Of a stretch of DNA of 33,868 nt, positions 26,355-33,868 are shown in pieces. A program made the translations under genes and the position numbers. Position 1 is the first letter of the stretch, and each line of letters opens with the position of its first letter. This DNA is from Chloroflexota bacterium (lineage in GTDB: Bacteria > Chloroflexota > Limnocylindria > Limnocylindrales > CSP1-4), in contig JBDTUR010000003.1 of assembly GCA_040007635.1 (NCBI GenBank), positions 1 to 33,868 on the forward strand, in the 5' to 3' direction. The notes beneath the pieces were generated by a model. That model was not told the DNA's origin and did no database searches. It was given only the letters and a program-made list of their open reading frames with translations.

Positions 26355-26531
26355 AGACCCGCCCGCAACCCACTCACCGGGTCAACCGTCCGCGGAGGGA
26401 CCCCGGGGATACAGATTTGTTGCTCCCGATGCACTTTGTGCCACTGTTTGACCCGCTCAGCGGGCGGTTCATCCGCCCAACGGCGGCCAATGCCACTTCG
26501 CCGGACGGTTGACCCGCTCAGCGGCTGGCAG
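26355..26531 (-). ncRNA. Candidate structured non-coding RNA or cis-regulatory element, class unassigned
   Basis: Perfect 15-bp inverted repeat 26378-26392 / 26502-26516. Stem extensions pair through G-U on the minus strand. Internal hairpins; 16-bp direct repeat 26448-26463 / 26509-26524. Confidence 0.5.
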
Positions 26532-26544
26532 TAAGCGATCGGGC

Positions 26545-27189
26545 CTAGCCCGCGCCGAACATGTCCCAGCAGCCCTCGAGGCCGGCAACCTCGACGCGCG
26601 GGCGTGGGCGCGAACGCCATTGCTCGACGTGCATCCGCCAGCGGACGAGCTCGCGCGGTTCGCCGCGCGGCGCCAGGATCTCCATCCCGTCCTCGAGATA
26701 GCCAACAGCGCGGGACACCGCCGCTGACGCCGGGTTCTCGCGGAACGAGCCCGACTTGGCCCAGACCGCGCCCAAGTGATCGAACGCAAACCCCAGCACT
26801 GCCTGGCGCATCTCCTTGCCTATGCCCTGGCCCTGGAACTCGCGCGCCAACCACGAGCCGGTCGAAACCGAGCGCAGCACGGCAAAGTTCTCAGCGTCTA
26901 TGCCCTGCGTGCCGACCAGCTGCCCTTCGGACCACACACCCAGGTCGAGCGTCCACTTGCCCGGCGACCACGAACCACGCGTGCTCCAGTGGTATTGCAT
27001 GAACGAGCGCTCGAATTGGGGGCTGGGCTGATCGGTCCAGGCGAAGCCAAAGGGCATGTCGTTGGGATCGTGGATGCCGCTGCGGGCCACATCGATTAAC
27101 TGGTAGAGCTCGTCCTCGGTCGGCAGTCGCAGCTCCAGGCGCTCGGTCCAGATGCGCAGGTCATACAGCGCCCACGGGTTCCGGTCCAC
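26545..27189 (-). CDS. GNAT acyltransferase (RimJ/RimL-like, Rv0802c-like)
   Basis: TERLELR, TGSWLAREFQGQGIGKEMR acyl-CoA motif A, NPASAAVSRAVGY. Confidence 0.88.
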   Translation of the reverse strand: MDRNPWALYDLRIWTERLELRLPTEDELYQLIDVARSGIHDPNDMPFGFAWTDQPSPQFERSFMQYHWSTRGSWSPGKWTLDLGVWSEGQLVGTQGIDAENFAVLRSVSTGSWLAREFQGQGIGKEMRQAVLGFAFDHLGAVWAKSGSFRENPASAAVSRAVGYLEDGMEILAPRGEPRELVRWRMHVEQWRSRPRPRVEVAGLEGCWDMFGAG

Positions 27190-27195
27190 GTTGCG

Positions 27196-27211
27196 AGTGT
27201 AGGGATAGAGT
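27196..27211. promoter_or_regulatory. Back-to-back leaderless-type -10 elements
   Basis: TAGAGT (+, 27206-27211) lies 7 nt before GTG 27219. TACACT (-, 27201-27196) lies 6 nt before GTG 27189. Confidence 0.65.
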
Positions 27212-27218
27212 CGGGCGT

Positions 27219-28499
27219 GTGAGCTTCGTCCGCCGCCTGAAGGGCGCGCGCATCCTTCAGCCGCTGCGCCAACGGGACTTCGCGCTCCTGACCAGCGGCA
27301 GCGCCATCTCGCTCATCGGCGATGGCTTCTTTCATGTCGCGCTCGCGTGGCAGGTCTACCAGATCAGCAACGTGCCAACGGCGCTGGCCGTGGTCGGCGT
27401 TGCCGCGACCCTGCCGCTCGTGGTCTTCCTGCTCATTGGCGGAGTTTTCTCCGACCGGTACGACCGCCGCCGGCTCATGATCGGTTCCGATCTGCTGCGC
27501 GGGCTGGCCATCGGCGTGATGGGGGCCCTGTCGATGGCCAACGTCTTGGAGCTGTGGCATGTGGCAGTGCTGATGGCTTTCGTGGGCATCGGCGACGCGT
27601 TCTTCAACCCGGCCTCGACCGCGATCGTGCCCGACCTGCTGCCGGAGAGCCTGCTGCCGCAAGCCAACGCCGTGTTGGGCATCCTGCGCCGGTTGATGAT
27701 CAGCATCGTTGGCCCGGCCCTGGCAGGCTTCGTTATCGCTGCGGTGGGGCCGGGCCCGGCGTTCCTCGTAGATGGCGGCTCGTTCGTCTTTTCGGCGGTC
27801 GCGGTGTTCGCGATCCAGACGCGGCCGGAGCCCCGCGCGGCGCTCGAGCACGGCCTTCATCAGACACTGGTCCAGATCCGGCAGGGCTTGGGCTTCGTGC
27901 GCCGCACAACCTGGATCTGGGCGACCCTGGTGTCGGGCATGCTCACTTTGCTGGCCGTCTACGGCCCGATCAACGTGCTCATCCCGTACCTCGTGAAGAA
28001 CCGCCTTGACCTAGGGGCGGACGCGCTGGGTTGGATCTTCGCGACCGGCGGCGTGGGCTCGATCGCCATGGCGCTGTTAATCGGCCATTTCGGGTTGCCG
28101 CGGCGGCGCGTGACAGTGATGTACGTCGCCTGGACGATCGGCATCGCGCTGATGGCGGTCTACGGCGTGATGGACGCGCTATGGCAGGCGCTGGTCGTAT
28201 CGGTAGTCGTGAACGCGCTGTTCGAGCTGGGTCAGGTCACCTGGACGACGATGCTGCAGCAGCTCGTGCCGCGCCAGCTATTGGGCCGGGTCTCGAGCCT
28301 CGACTGGTTCGTGTCGGTTAGCCTGGTGCCGTTGTCGTACGCATTGACTGGTCCCGCCGCCGACATCTTCGGGGCGGGGCCGGTGATGGTCGTCGCGGCG
28401 ATCGCGGGCGCGCTGGTGACGATCGCCCTTCTGTTCGTGCCGGGCGTTCGCGCCCCAGAGCTCATGCCGCTCGAATCAAAGAGCGGCGCCACCCCGTAG
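27219..28499 (+). CDS. MFS transporter (DHA3 / MFS_3-like)
   Basis: About 12 TM helices; GGVFSDRYDRRRLMIGSD motif A; VPRQLLGRVSS. Confidence 0.92.
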   Translation: MSFVRRLKGARILQPLRQRDFALLTSGSAISLIGDGFFHVALAWQVYQISNVPTALAVVGVAATLPLVVFLLIGGVFSDRYDRRRLMIGSDLLRGLAIGVMGALSMANVLELWHVAVLMAFVGIGDAFFNPASTAIVPDLLPESLLPQANAVLGILRRLMISIVGPALAGFVIAAVGPGPAFLVDGGSFVFSAVAVFAIQTRPEPRAALEHGLHQTLVQIRQGLGFVRRTTWIWATLVSGMLTLLAVYGPINVLIPYLVKNRLDLGADALGWIFATGGVGSIAMALLIGHFGLPRRRVTVMYVAWTIGIALMAVYGVMDALWQALVVSVVVNALFELGQVTWTTMLQQLVPRQLLGRVSSLDWFVSVSLVPLSYALTGPAADIFGAGPVMVVAAIAGALVTIALLFVPGVRAPELMPLESKSGATP

Positions 28500-28512
28500 G
28501 GCAGCGCCGCTC
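28481..28512. terminator. Hairpin at a convergent gene junction
   Basis: gagcggcgc (28481-28489) pairs with gcgccgctc (28504-28512). Confidence 0.5.
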
Positions 28513-28532
28513 ACTTAGCCTGCGTCGGTCGC

Positions 28533-29252
28533 CTAGGGCAGTGCGCTCAGGATCTTGGTCGCCTGGGAGTCGGTAACGCTCTCAAAGGAGATCAGCGTGT
28601 CGCCGGCTGGATAGGCGTAGCTCTTCGTGCCATCGGTGTCGGTCCAGGTGTAAACGTTCTTGCCGCCGACGTTGGCCTGCTGCAGGTTGGTCACGTCGAT
28701 CTGCGTGCCCGCCTGAGCCGCGAGAAGCGACAGATACTGGATCATCGAGTTGGAGTCGCCACCCGCGGTGCGGAAGGCGGACATTTCGATGTCCTCACCG
28801 TCCACGTTCGCCGTGGCCGAGCCGAAGCTCAGAGTCGCCAGATTGAAGCCGCTGCCGCTCTGACCCACCGCGTGCGCCACCGCGGCCTGACCGCCGGTCA
28901 TGCAGATGAAGTACAGCCACTGACTCGATGTCACGTCCGTTACCGGCTGACCATCGATGGTCGCGGGGAAGTGGGCGTTGAGCGTGGCATCCTGCGGGAA
29001 GCTGGGGTCGGGGTTGCTCAGGCTGAACGTCGGCACCGCATCACACTCATGGCCGGTGAGGACGACGCCACCGGATGGCGCGGTCGTAGCACCGGGCCCA
29101 GTGGGCGCTGGTGTCGAGCCGGCTGGGGTCGCGGTTGCCCCTGGGGCGAGGGTCGCACCCGGGGTTGAGCTCGCGCCCGGGGTTGTGCCGCCGCACGCAA
29201 CAACGGCGACCGCCATCGCAACTGCGCCGAGCAAGGCAAAGGTGGTACGCAC
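28533..29252 (-). CDS. Lipoprotein of unknown function with a Thr/Pro-rich linker
   Basis: Lipobox VVA-C; AAGGAGA SD before the GTG; TPGAT repeats. Confidence 0.85.
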   Translation of the reverse strand: MRTTFALLGAVAMAVAVVACGGTTPGASSTPGATLAPGATATPAGSTPAPTGPGATTAPSGGVVLTGHECDAVPTFSLSNPDPSFPQDATLNAHFPATIDGQPVTDVTSSQWLYFICMTGGQAAVAHAVGQSGSGFNLATLSFGSATANVDGEDIEMSAFRTAGGDSNSMIQYLSLLAAQAGTQIDVTNLQQANVGGKNVYTWTDTDGTKSYAYPAGDTLISFESVTDSQATKILSALP

Positions 29253-29374
29253 TCGAAGTCTCCTTTATTGGCTACACGGAACGGCCATCGTAGGCCGGCT
29301 TGGCGGCTGCCGATGTAAAGAAACGCACTCCAAATGAGTGAAACCCGGCGGCGATCGACGAGGCGCTGCGCGAA

Positions 29375-30625
29375 TCAGCTCCGATTGCGGGCAACCAGGA
29401 CTGACGCGAGCCGGTCATAGTCGGCCGGGCTGTTGTAGATCTGCGCCGAGATGCGCAGCAGCCTTCGCTTGGGCGCGGCGTCGGCCGCGGTGTGCGGCCA
29501 CGCAAACACCGGCACCTCGACCGCGTCTTCATCGCTCAGTGCATCTCGCAACGGGTCGCCCGGGTAGGTGAGCGCGGCGTCGGCATTCGCGCCCGGGGCG
29601 ACGGGCGGCGGCTCTACGCTGTCTGGCAAATCGATCGCCGCGAGCGAGCCGAGCATCGTTTCCGGCGCGAGCGGCCCGCCACCCATGGCCGCGAGGAGTT
29701 TGCGGCGCCCTTCCAATACAAGCGCATGGTTGCGCGCCATCACCTCCGGCCAGCCGCCGTCCGTCAGGCCACCCATGAAGTCGAGCGCGGCGGGAATGCA
29801 CAGGTAAGAGGTGGGGTCGGCCGTGCCGGTCCAGTCGAACTCGACCCGGAAAAGCGACTCGGGGCCAGGCGGCTGGTTGGCGCCGTGCGACGTTACCAGC
29901 GGGTGGATCAGCGCCTGACGTTCGCGGCGCACGTGGAGAAAGGCCGCGCCCTTGGGGGCGCACAGCCACTTGTGGCAGTTGCCGGTGTAGTAGGCGGCGC
30001 CCAGGGCATCCAGGTCGAGTGGCAGCATGCCCGGTGCGTGGGCGCCGTCGACGAGCGTGTCGATGCCCCGGTCTTGGGCGGCGGCGACGACCTGCTCAAC
30101 CGGCAGCACGATGCCCGTGGGACTGGTGACGTGGCTGACGAGGATGAGCCTGGTCCGGGGCGTGACTCGGTCGAGCAGCGCCTGGGCCATCTCGTCGGGG
30201 CCGCTCGTCGGGAAGGGCAACGAGGCGACAACAACCTGGGCGCCGTACCTGGCCGCAACGCGCCGCGCGGCGTTGACGCACGCGTTGTATTCGTGGTCGG
30301 TCGTGAGGATCTCATCGCCGGGTTGGAATTCGAGCGATGCCAAGACCGTGTTGACCCCGGTGGTCGCGTTGGTGACGAACGCGAGGTCGGCCGGATCGGC
30401 GTGGAGGAACTCGCCCAACCGGGCGCGAGCAGCTGCCAGGTAGCCGGCGAGCTCGACATCATGGAAGCGGACCGGCTGCCGCTCCATCCTGGTCCGCCAC
30501 TCCTCCTGGACGCGCAGCACCGGCCACGGGCACGCGCCAAACGCCCCGTGGTTGAGGTACGTCACATTGGGGTCGAGCGCCCAGTATCGACGCATCCCGT
30601 CGTCCGTCGCGACCGCATCGCTCAC
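29375..30625 (-). CDS. Class V PLP-dependent enzyme (isopenicillin N epimerase / C-S lyase-like)
   Basis: YLNHGAFG, NATTG, SHVTSPTG, VDGAHAPG, GNCHKWLCAPKG, WTGTAD. GTG 30625 is supported by TACTCT 7 nt upstream. Confidence 0.9.
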   Translation of the reverse strand: MSDAVATDDGMRRYWALDPNVTYLNHGAFGACPWPVLRVQEEWRTRMERQPVRFHDVELAGYLAAARARLGEFLHADPADLAFVTNATTGVNTVLASLEFQPGDEILTTDHEYNACVNAARRVAARYGAQVVVASLPFPTSGPDEMAQALLDRVTPRTRLILVSHVTSPTGIVLPVEQVVAAAQDRGIDTLVDGAHAPGMLPLDLDALGAAYYTGNCHKWLCAPKGAAFLHVRRERQALIHPLVTSHGANQPPGPESLFRVEFDWTGTADPTSYLCIPAALDFMGGLTDGGWPEVMARNHALVLEGRRKLLAAMGGGPLAPETMLGSLAAIDLPDSVEPPPVAPGANADAALTYPGDPLRDALSDEDAVEVPVFAWPHTAADAAPKRRLLRISAQIYNSPADYDRLASVLVARNRS

Positions 30626-30632
30626 GGCGCGA

Positions 30633-30651
30633 AGAGTAGCGCCGCTACGAT
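30633..30651. promoter_or_regulatory. Back-to-back leaderless-type -10 elements
   Basis: TACGAT (+, 30646-30651) lies 7 nt before ATG 30659. TACTCT (-, 30638-30633) lies 7 nt before GTG 30625. The dyad GTAGC-N3-GCTAC spans both. Confidence 0.65.
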
Positions 30652-30658
30652 CCGGCCC

Positions 30659-31390
30659 ATGTGCGGCCGAATGACCATGCGCACCGACCCGTCCGACGTG
30701 GCGCGCATCTTTGACGCCGAGGTGCGCGACCCGGCGGCGTTGGCAGATTTGGGGCCGCGCTACAACGTCGCTCCGACCCAGCCCATCGAGGTTGTCGTGC
30801 AACGCGAGGATGGTCGCGTGCTGGAGCTGCACCGCTGGGGTCTCGTGCCGTCATACGCGAAAAACGTCAGCGCCGGGAATCGGCTCATCAACGCCCGCGC
30901 CGAGACGATCGCCACGACGCCCGCCTTCCGCACTTCGTTCGCCCGTAGGCGCTGCGTCATCCCGGCTGACGGCTTCTACGAGTGGCGCCGCGATGACAGC
31001 GGCAAGAGCAGCCGCAAGCAACCGTTCCTGATCCACGCCGCGGACGATCGGCCGCTTGCCTTTGCCGGCATGTGGGCGCCGTGGAAGGACCCCGCGACGG
31101 GCAACTGGCTGCTGAGTGCCGCCGTGGTCACGACGCAGGCCAACGGGACGGTGGGTCAGTTGCACAACCGGATGCCGGTCATCCTCGAGCCTGCCGAATG
31201 GCCGATCTGGACTGATCCCGAAATCCGCGACCCGGGTCTATTGAGCGACCTGTTGCGGCCCGCAAGCGACGACCTGCTGGTGCTGACACCGGTGTCGGCG
31301 CTGGTCAATAACGCGAACAACGAGGGCCCGGCGCTACTGATGCCACCGACCACCCGCGTAGGCGGTCCCCCGCTGACGCTGTTCGGCTAG
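30659..31390 (+). CDS. SOS response-associated peptidase (SRAP / YedK / HMCES family)
   Basis: N-terminal MCGR, RYNVAPTQ, WGLVP, INARAET, DGFYEW, HNRMPVIL. Confidence 0.93.
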   Translation: MCGRMTMRTDPSDVARIFDAEVRDPAALADLGPRYNVAPTQPIEVVVQREDGRVLELHRWGLVPSYAKNVSAGNRLINARAETIATTPAFRTSFARRRCVIPADGFYEWRRDDSGKSSRKQPFLIHAADDRPLAFAGMWAPWKDPATGNWLLSAAVVTTQANGTVGQLHNRMPVILEPAEWPIWTDPEIRDPGLLSDLLRPASDDLLVLTPVSALVNNANNEGPALLMPPTTRVGGPPLTLFG

Positions 31391-31401
31391 CCCTCACCCA
31401 G

Positions 31402-31590
31402 CTAGAGGCCGCGGAAGAAAGCTCCGGCGAGCATGACGAGGGTCGCGACGACGTACGCGACGACGCCCAGGGTTGTGCCCGGGTAGCCAGCAACGCTGGG
31501 CAGCAGGTGCAGGAAGGTGCCGGCGATGCCGATAACGATCAGGATGCCGGCGATCACGATCGTAATGCCGCGCGGCGCTTGGGTTCGCAT
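31402..31590 (-). CDS. Small two-TM membrane protein
   Basis: 62 aa, two hydrophobic helices, starts 2 nt after the upstream stop. Confidence 0.75.
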   Translation of the reverse strand: MRTQAPRGITIVIAGILIVIGIAGTFLHLLPSVAGYPGTTLGVVAYVVATLVMLAGAFFRGL

Positions 31591-31592
31591 GG

Positions 31593-31829
31593 CTAGATGA
31601 AGCTCAAGAGCGAGCCGATGATTAGCAGCACAGGCGACAGCAGGAGGGCGCCCCAGGCAATCGTTCGATCTGTCATCCAGCCCACGAGCTGACGCTGGAT
31701 GTCATTGGGCAGGTTCAGGCCCTGCACGAAGTTGATCGACTGCGTGTCGTAGAACAGCAGCGCCAGCCCGACGAGCATCAGCACGACGGCAATTACGACG
31801 GTGAGCATCCTGGGCGGCTGCGGCCTCAT
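31593..31829 (-). CDS. Small two-TM membrane protein, apparent paralog of the downstream gene
   Basis: 78 aa from ATG 31829 with AGGA upstream; MRPQPPRMLTVVIA resembles MRTQAPRGITIVIA. Confidence 0.75.
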   Translation of the reverse strand: MRPQPPRMLTVVIAVVLMLVGLALLFYDTQSINFVQGLNLPNDIQRQLVGWMTDRTIAWGALLLSPVLLIIGSLLSFI

Positions 31830-31855
31830 ATGTTCCTGATTATGGGGGGGACGCG

Positions 31856-32260
31856 TCAACCACGCTCTGTCTGCCACGGCACCCACTTGGTGCCGTTCCA
31901 CCAGCGATGCCACACCTGGCCATCGCGGCCGGGCGCAAAGACGTCGATCCGGTTGGCACCCCATGACGCAGCCGCAGGCTGCCCGGCCAGCTCGCCGCCG
32001 AGCGACTCCCATGGATGCCACGCGGCGCCATCCCAGTAGCGATCCCACAGCTGCCCGTCGGGGAAGACGGCGAAGACCTCCATCTGGTCTTCAGCCCAGG
32101 CGGTGACTGCCACCGGTGCCGCGAGCTCACCGCCCAGCGATTCGTCGGCCGACCAACCGCCAATCGCCGTCCACGAGCGGTGCACAAGGCTCCGATCCTG
32201 GCCGGTCCAGAACAGGTCGATCCGGCCGCTCCCCCACGAGACCGCCGCCAGTCCTTCCAT
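31856..32260 (-). CDS. Trp-rich beta-propeller repeat protein (PLL / fucose-lectin-like), three blades
   Basis: Three ~46-aa repeats of the form AxSW-x3-RIDxF-x4-DG-x2-WHR-x-W...WESLGG. Confidence 0.8.
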   Translation of the reverse strand: MEGLAAVSWGSGRIDLFWTGQDRSLVHRSWTAIGGWSADESLGGELAAPVAVTAWAEDQMEVFAVFPDGQLWDRYWDGAAWHPWESLGGELAGQPAAASWGANRIDVFAPGRDGQVWHRWWNGTKWVPWQTERG

Positions 32261-32303
32261 GCTGCCTATTGTCCACAGCACGCGCTCGGTAGACTCACGA
32301 CTC

Positions 32304-33868
32304 GTGAACACGACCCGTCACCCGTGGTCCGCGCGGCTGCGCTATGCCTTCGACAATTACATGGCCAAGGGCACAATCGCCCTGATCTTCGGCCTGTTCC
32401 TGCTGTCGCTGCTGATCATCCTCGTCGTGTCGGTGGTCCTCGTGATCTCAGGCACGCTGCTGGCCAGCGCGGATACGCAGGGCATCGACTTCCCGGAGAT
32501 GCTCTGGCGGAGCATGCTGCGCACGCTCGACCCGGGCACGATGGGCGGCGACACAGGCACCATCCCGTTCGTGCTATCCATGCTCGCGGTGACGCTGGGC
32601 GGCATCTTCGTCATCAGCACCCTGATCGGCGTTTTGTCGAGCGGGATAGAGGGCAAGCTCGACGAACTGCGCAAGGGTCACTCCAAGGTCCTCGAGAGCA
32701 ACCACACCGTGATCCTGGGCTGGTCGCGCCAAATCTTCGACATCATCGGCGAGATCGTCCTGGCCAACGCCAACCAGCACCGCCAGCACATCGTCGTGCT
32801 GGCCGACAAGGACAAAGTCGAGATGGAAGAGGAGATCCGTCAGCGCGTGCAGGACACGAAGACGACGCGGATCATCTGCCGCTCGGGCTCACCCATCGAG
32901 CTGGCCGACCTCGCGACGGCGAGCGTGCACACGTCGCGCTCCGTCATCGTCCTCGCGCCGGAGACCGACGATCCCGACACCGAAGTAATCAAGACGCTGC
33001 TGGCCATCACCAACGATCCGGTGCGCCGCGCGGAGCCCTACCGCATCGTGGCTGAGATCAAGGAGCCGCGCAACGTCGCCGTGGCGCGCCTCGCGAGCCA
33101 GGGCGAGGCACAGCTGGTGCTGGGCGGCGAGTTGATCGGTCGCATCGCGGCCCAAACCTGCCGCCAGCCGGGCTTGTCGGTCGTCTACCAGGACCTGCTC
33201 GACTTCGACGGCGACGAGATGTATTTCTGGTCGTCGCCGGAGCTCGTGGGCCGCAAATTCGGGGAGTGCCTGGCGCTCTTCCGTACCTCGAGCCTGATCG
33301 GCATCGTGCCCGCGCCCGGCACGGGTGAGCCGCAGCTCAACCCGCCCATGGACCGCGTCATCGCCCACGGCGATCGTCTGGTAATGGTGTCCGAAGACGA
33401 CGACAAGATCGCCCGCCTGGACCCGCCCGCAGATGCCCTGCATGAAGCCGCGATAGTCATGCGCGAGCAGGCGCCGCCCCAGCCCGACGCCACGCTCGTC
33501 CTGGGCTGGAACTCGCGCACCGCAGGCCTTCTGACGGAGCTCGACAAGTACGTCGCGGCTGGCTCGCGCCTCACGGTCATCGCCCAAGCGCCCGGCCACG
33601 ACCTTACGGGCGAAGTGACCGCCGTTGGCCGGCGACTAAATAACCTGGAAGTCACCTATCGGGCGGCCGATACAACTGATCGGGCGGTTCTTGATGAGGC
33701 GACGGCGGGCGATCATGGCCACGTGGTGGTGATGTCCTACTCGGACTACTTCGACGAGCAACGGGCCGACGCGCGGACGCTCGTGACGCTGCTTCATCTG
33801 CGCGACATCGAGACGACGCGCGGCGAGAGCTACACGATCGTTTCCGAGATGCTCGACGTGCGCAACCG
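32304..33868 (+). CDS. CASTOR/POLLUX (DMI1)-like cation channel with RCK domains; 3'-partial
   Basis: Translated by hand from GTG 32304: RLRYAFDNYMAKG, TM helices, LRTLDPGTMGGD pore region, LDELRKGHSKVLESNHTVILGW, CRSGSP, QPGLSVVYQDLLDFDGDEMYF. Runs off the window, so it is absent from the ORF track. TAGACT lies 8 nt upstream. Confidence 0.88.
   Translation, partial: MNTTRHPWSARLRYAFDNYMAKGTIALIFGLFLLSLLIILVVSVVLVISGTLLASADTQGIDFPEMLWRSMLRTLDPGTMGGDTGTIPFVLSMLAVTLGGIFVISTLIGVLSSGIEGKLDELRKGHSKVLESNHTVILGWSRQIFDIIGEIVLANANQHRQHIVVLADKDKVEMEEEIRQRVQDTKTTRIICRSGSPIELADLATASVHTSRSVIVLAPETDDPDTEVIKTLLAITNDPVRRAEPYRIVAEIKEPRNVAVARLASQGEAQLVLGGELIGRIAAQTCRQPGLSVVYQDLLDFDGDEMYFWSSPELVGRKFGECLALFRTSSLIGIVPAPGTGEPQLNPPMDRVIAHGDRLVMVSEDDDKIARLDPPADALHEAAIVMREQAPPQPDATLVLGWNSRTAGLLTELDKYVAAGSRLTVIAQAPGHDLTGEVTAVGRRLNNLEVTYRAADTTDRAVLDEATAGDHGHVVVMSYSDYFDEQRADARTLVTLLHLRDIETTRGESYTIVSEMLDVRN

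Noticed and set aside
26439-26524. Mini CRISPR array
   Set aside because: Only two 16-bp direct copies, too short and too few, and no cas genes in the window.
26355-26531. Firm assignment as 6S RNA, HDV-like ribozyme or retron msr-msd
   Set aside because: 6S-like words (GGGAGC, AGCGGGTCAA) are in the wrong order, I could not build the HDV double pseudoknot, and no reverse transcriptase is nearby. Left unassigned pending cmscan.
29375-30625. Class V PLP enzyme as the missing SufS
   Set aside because: It lacks the C-terminal catalytic-Cys motif (RxGHHCA); its motifs fit the epimerase/C-S lyase subgroup.

Overview
High-GC bacterial chromosomal window; gene content and promoter style suggest Chloroflexota or Actinomycetota, which is inference only. 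Left to right: (1) a signalling cluster: a 5'-truncated hybrid histidine kinase with at least 10 tandem GAF domains, an Hpt protein, a REC-class III nucleotidyl cyclase and a cyclase-STAND ATPase-TPR protein; (2) lgt and a small membrane protein; (3) a minus-strand unit: ferritin-like/VIT1 transporter, cupin, ECF sigma, zinc-motif anti-sigma; (4) an ornithine cyclodeaminase-like gene and a hypothetical; (5) sufB carrying a 359-aa LAGLIDADG intein, sufD and a Rieske ferredoxin, with no sufC/S/U in the window; (6) an AT-richer two-gene islet of exported hypotheticals; (7) an AraC-VOC-DUF1801-UvrA2 (DrrC-like) cassette; (8) a ~300-bp intergenic region dense in inverted and direct repeats, a candidate structured RNA or switch; (9) GNAT, MFS, lipoprotein, class V PLP enzyme, SRAP, two small paralogous membrane proteins, a 3-bladed beta-propeller lectin-like protein and a 3'-truncated CASTOR/POLLUX-like channel that is missing from the ORF track. 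Several divergent gene pairs have back-to-back leaderless-type -10 boxes in 27-43 bp spacers. All family calls come from motif recognition by eye; no searches were run.
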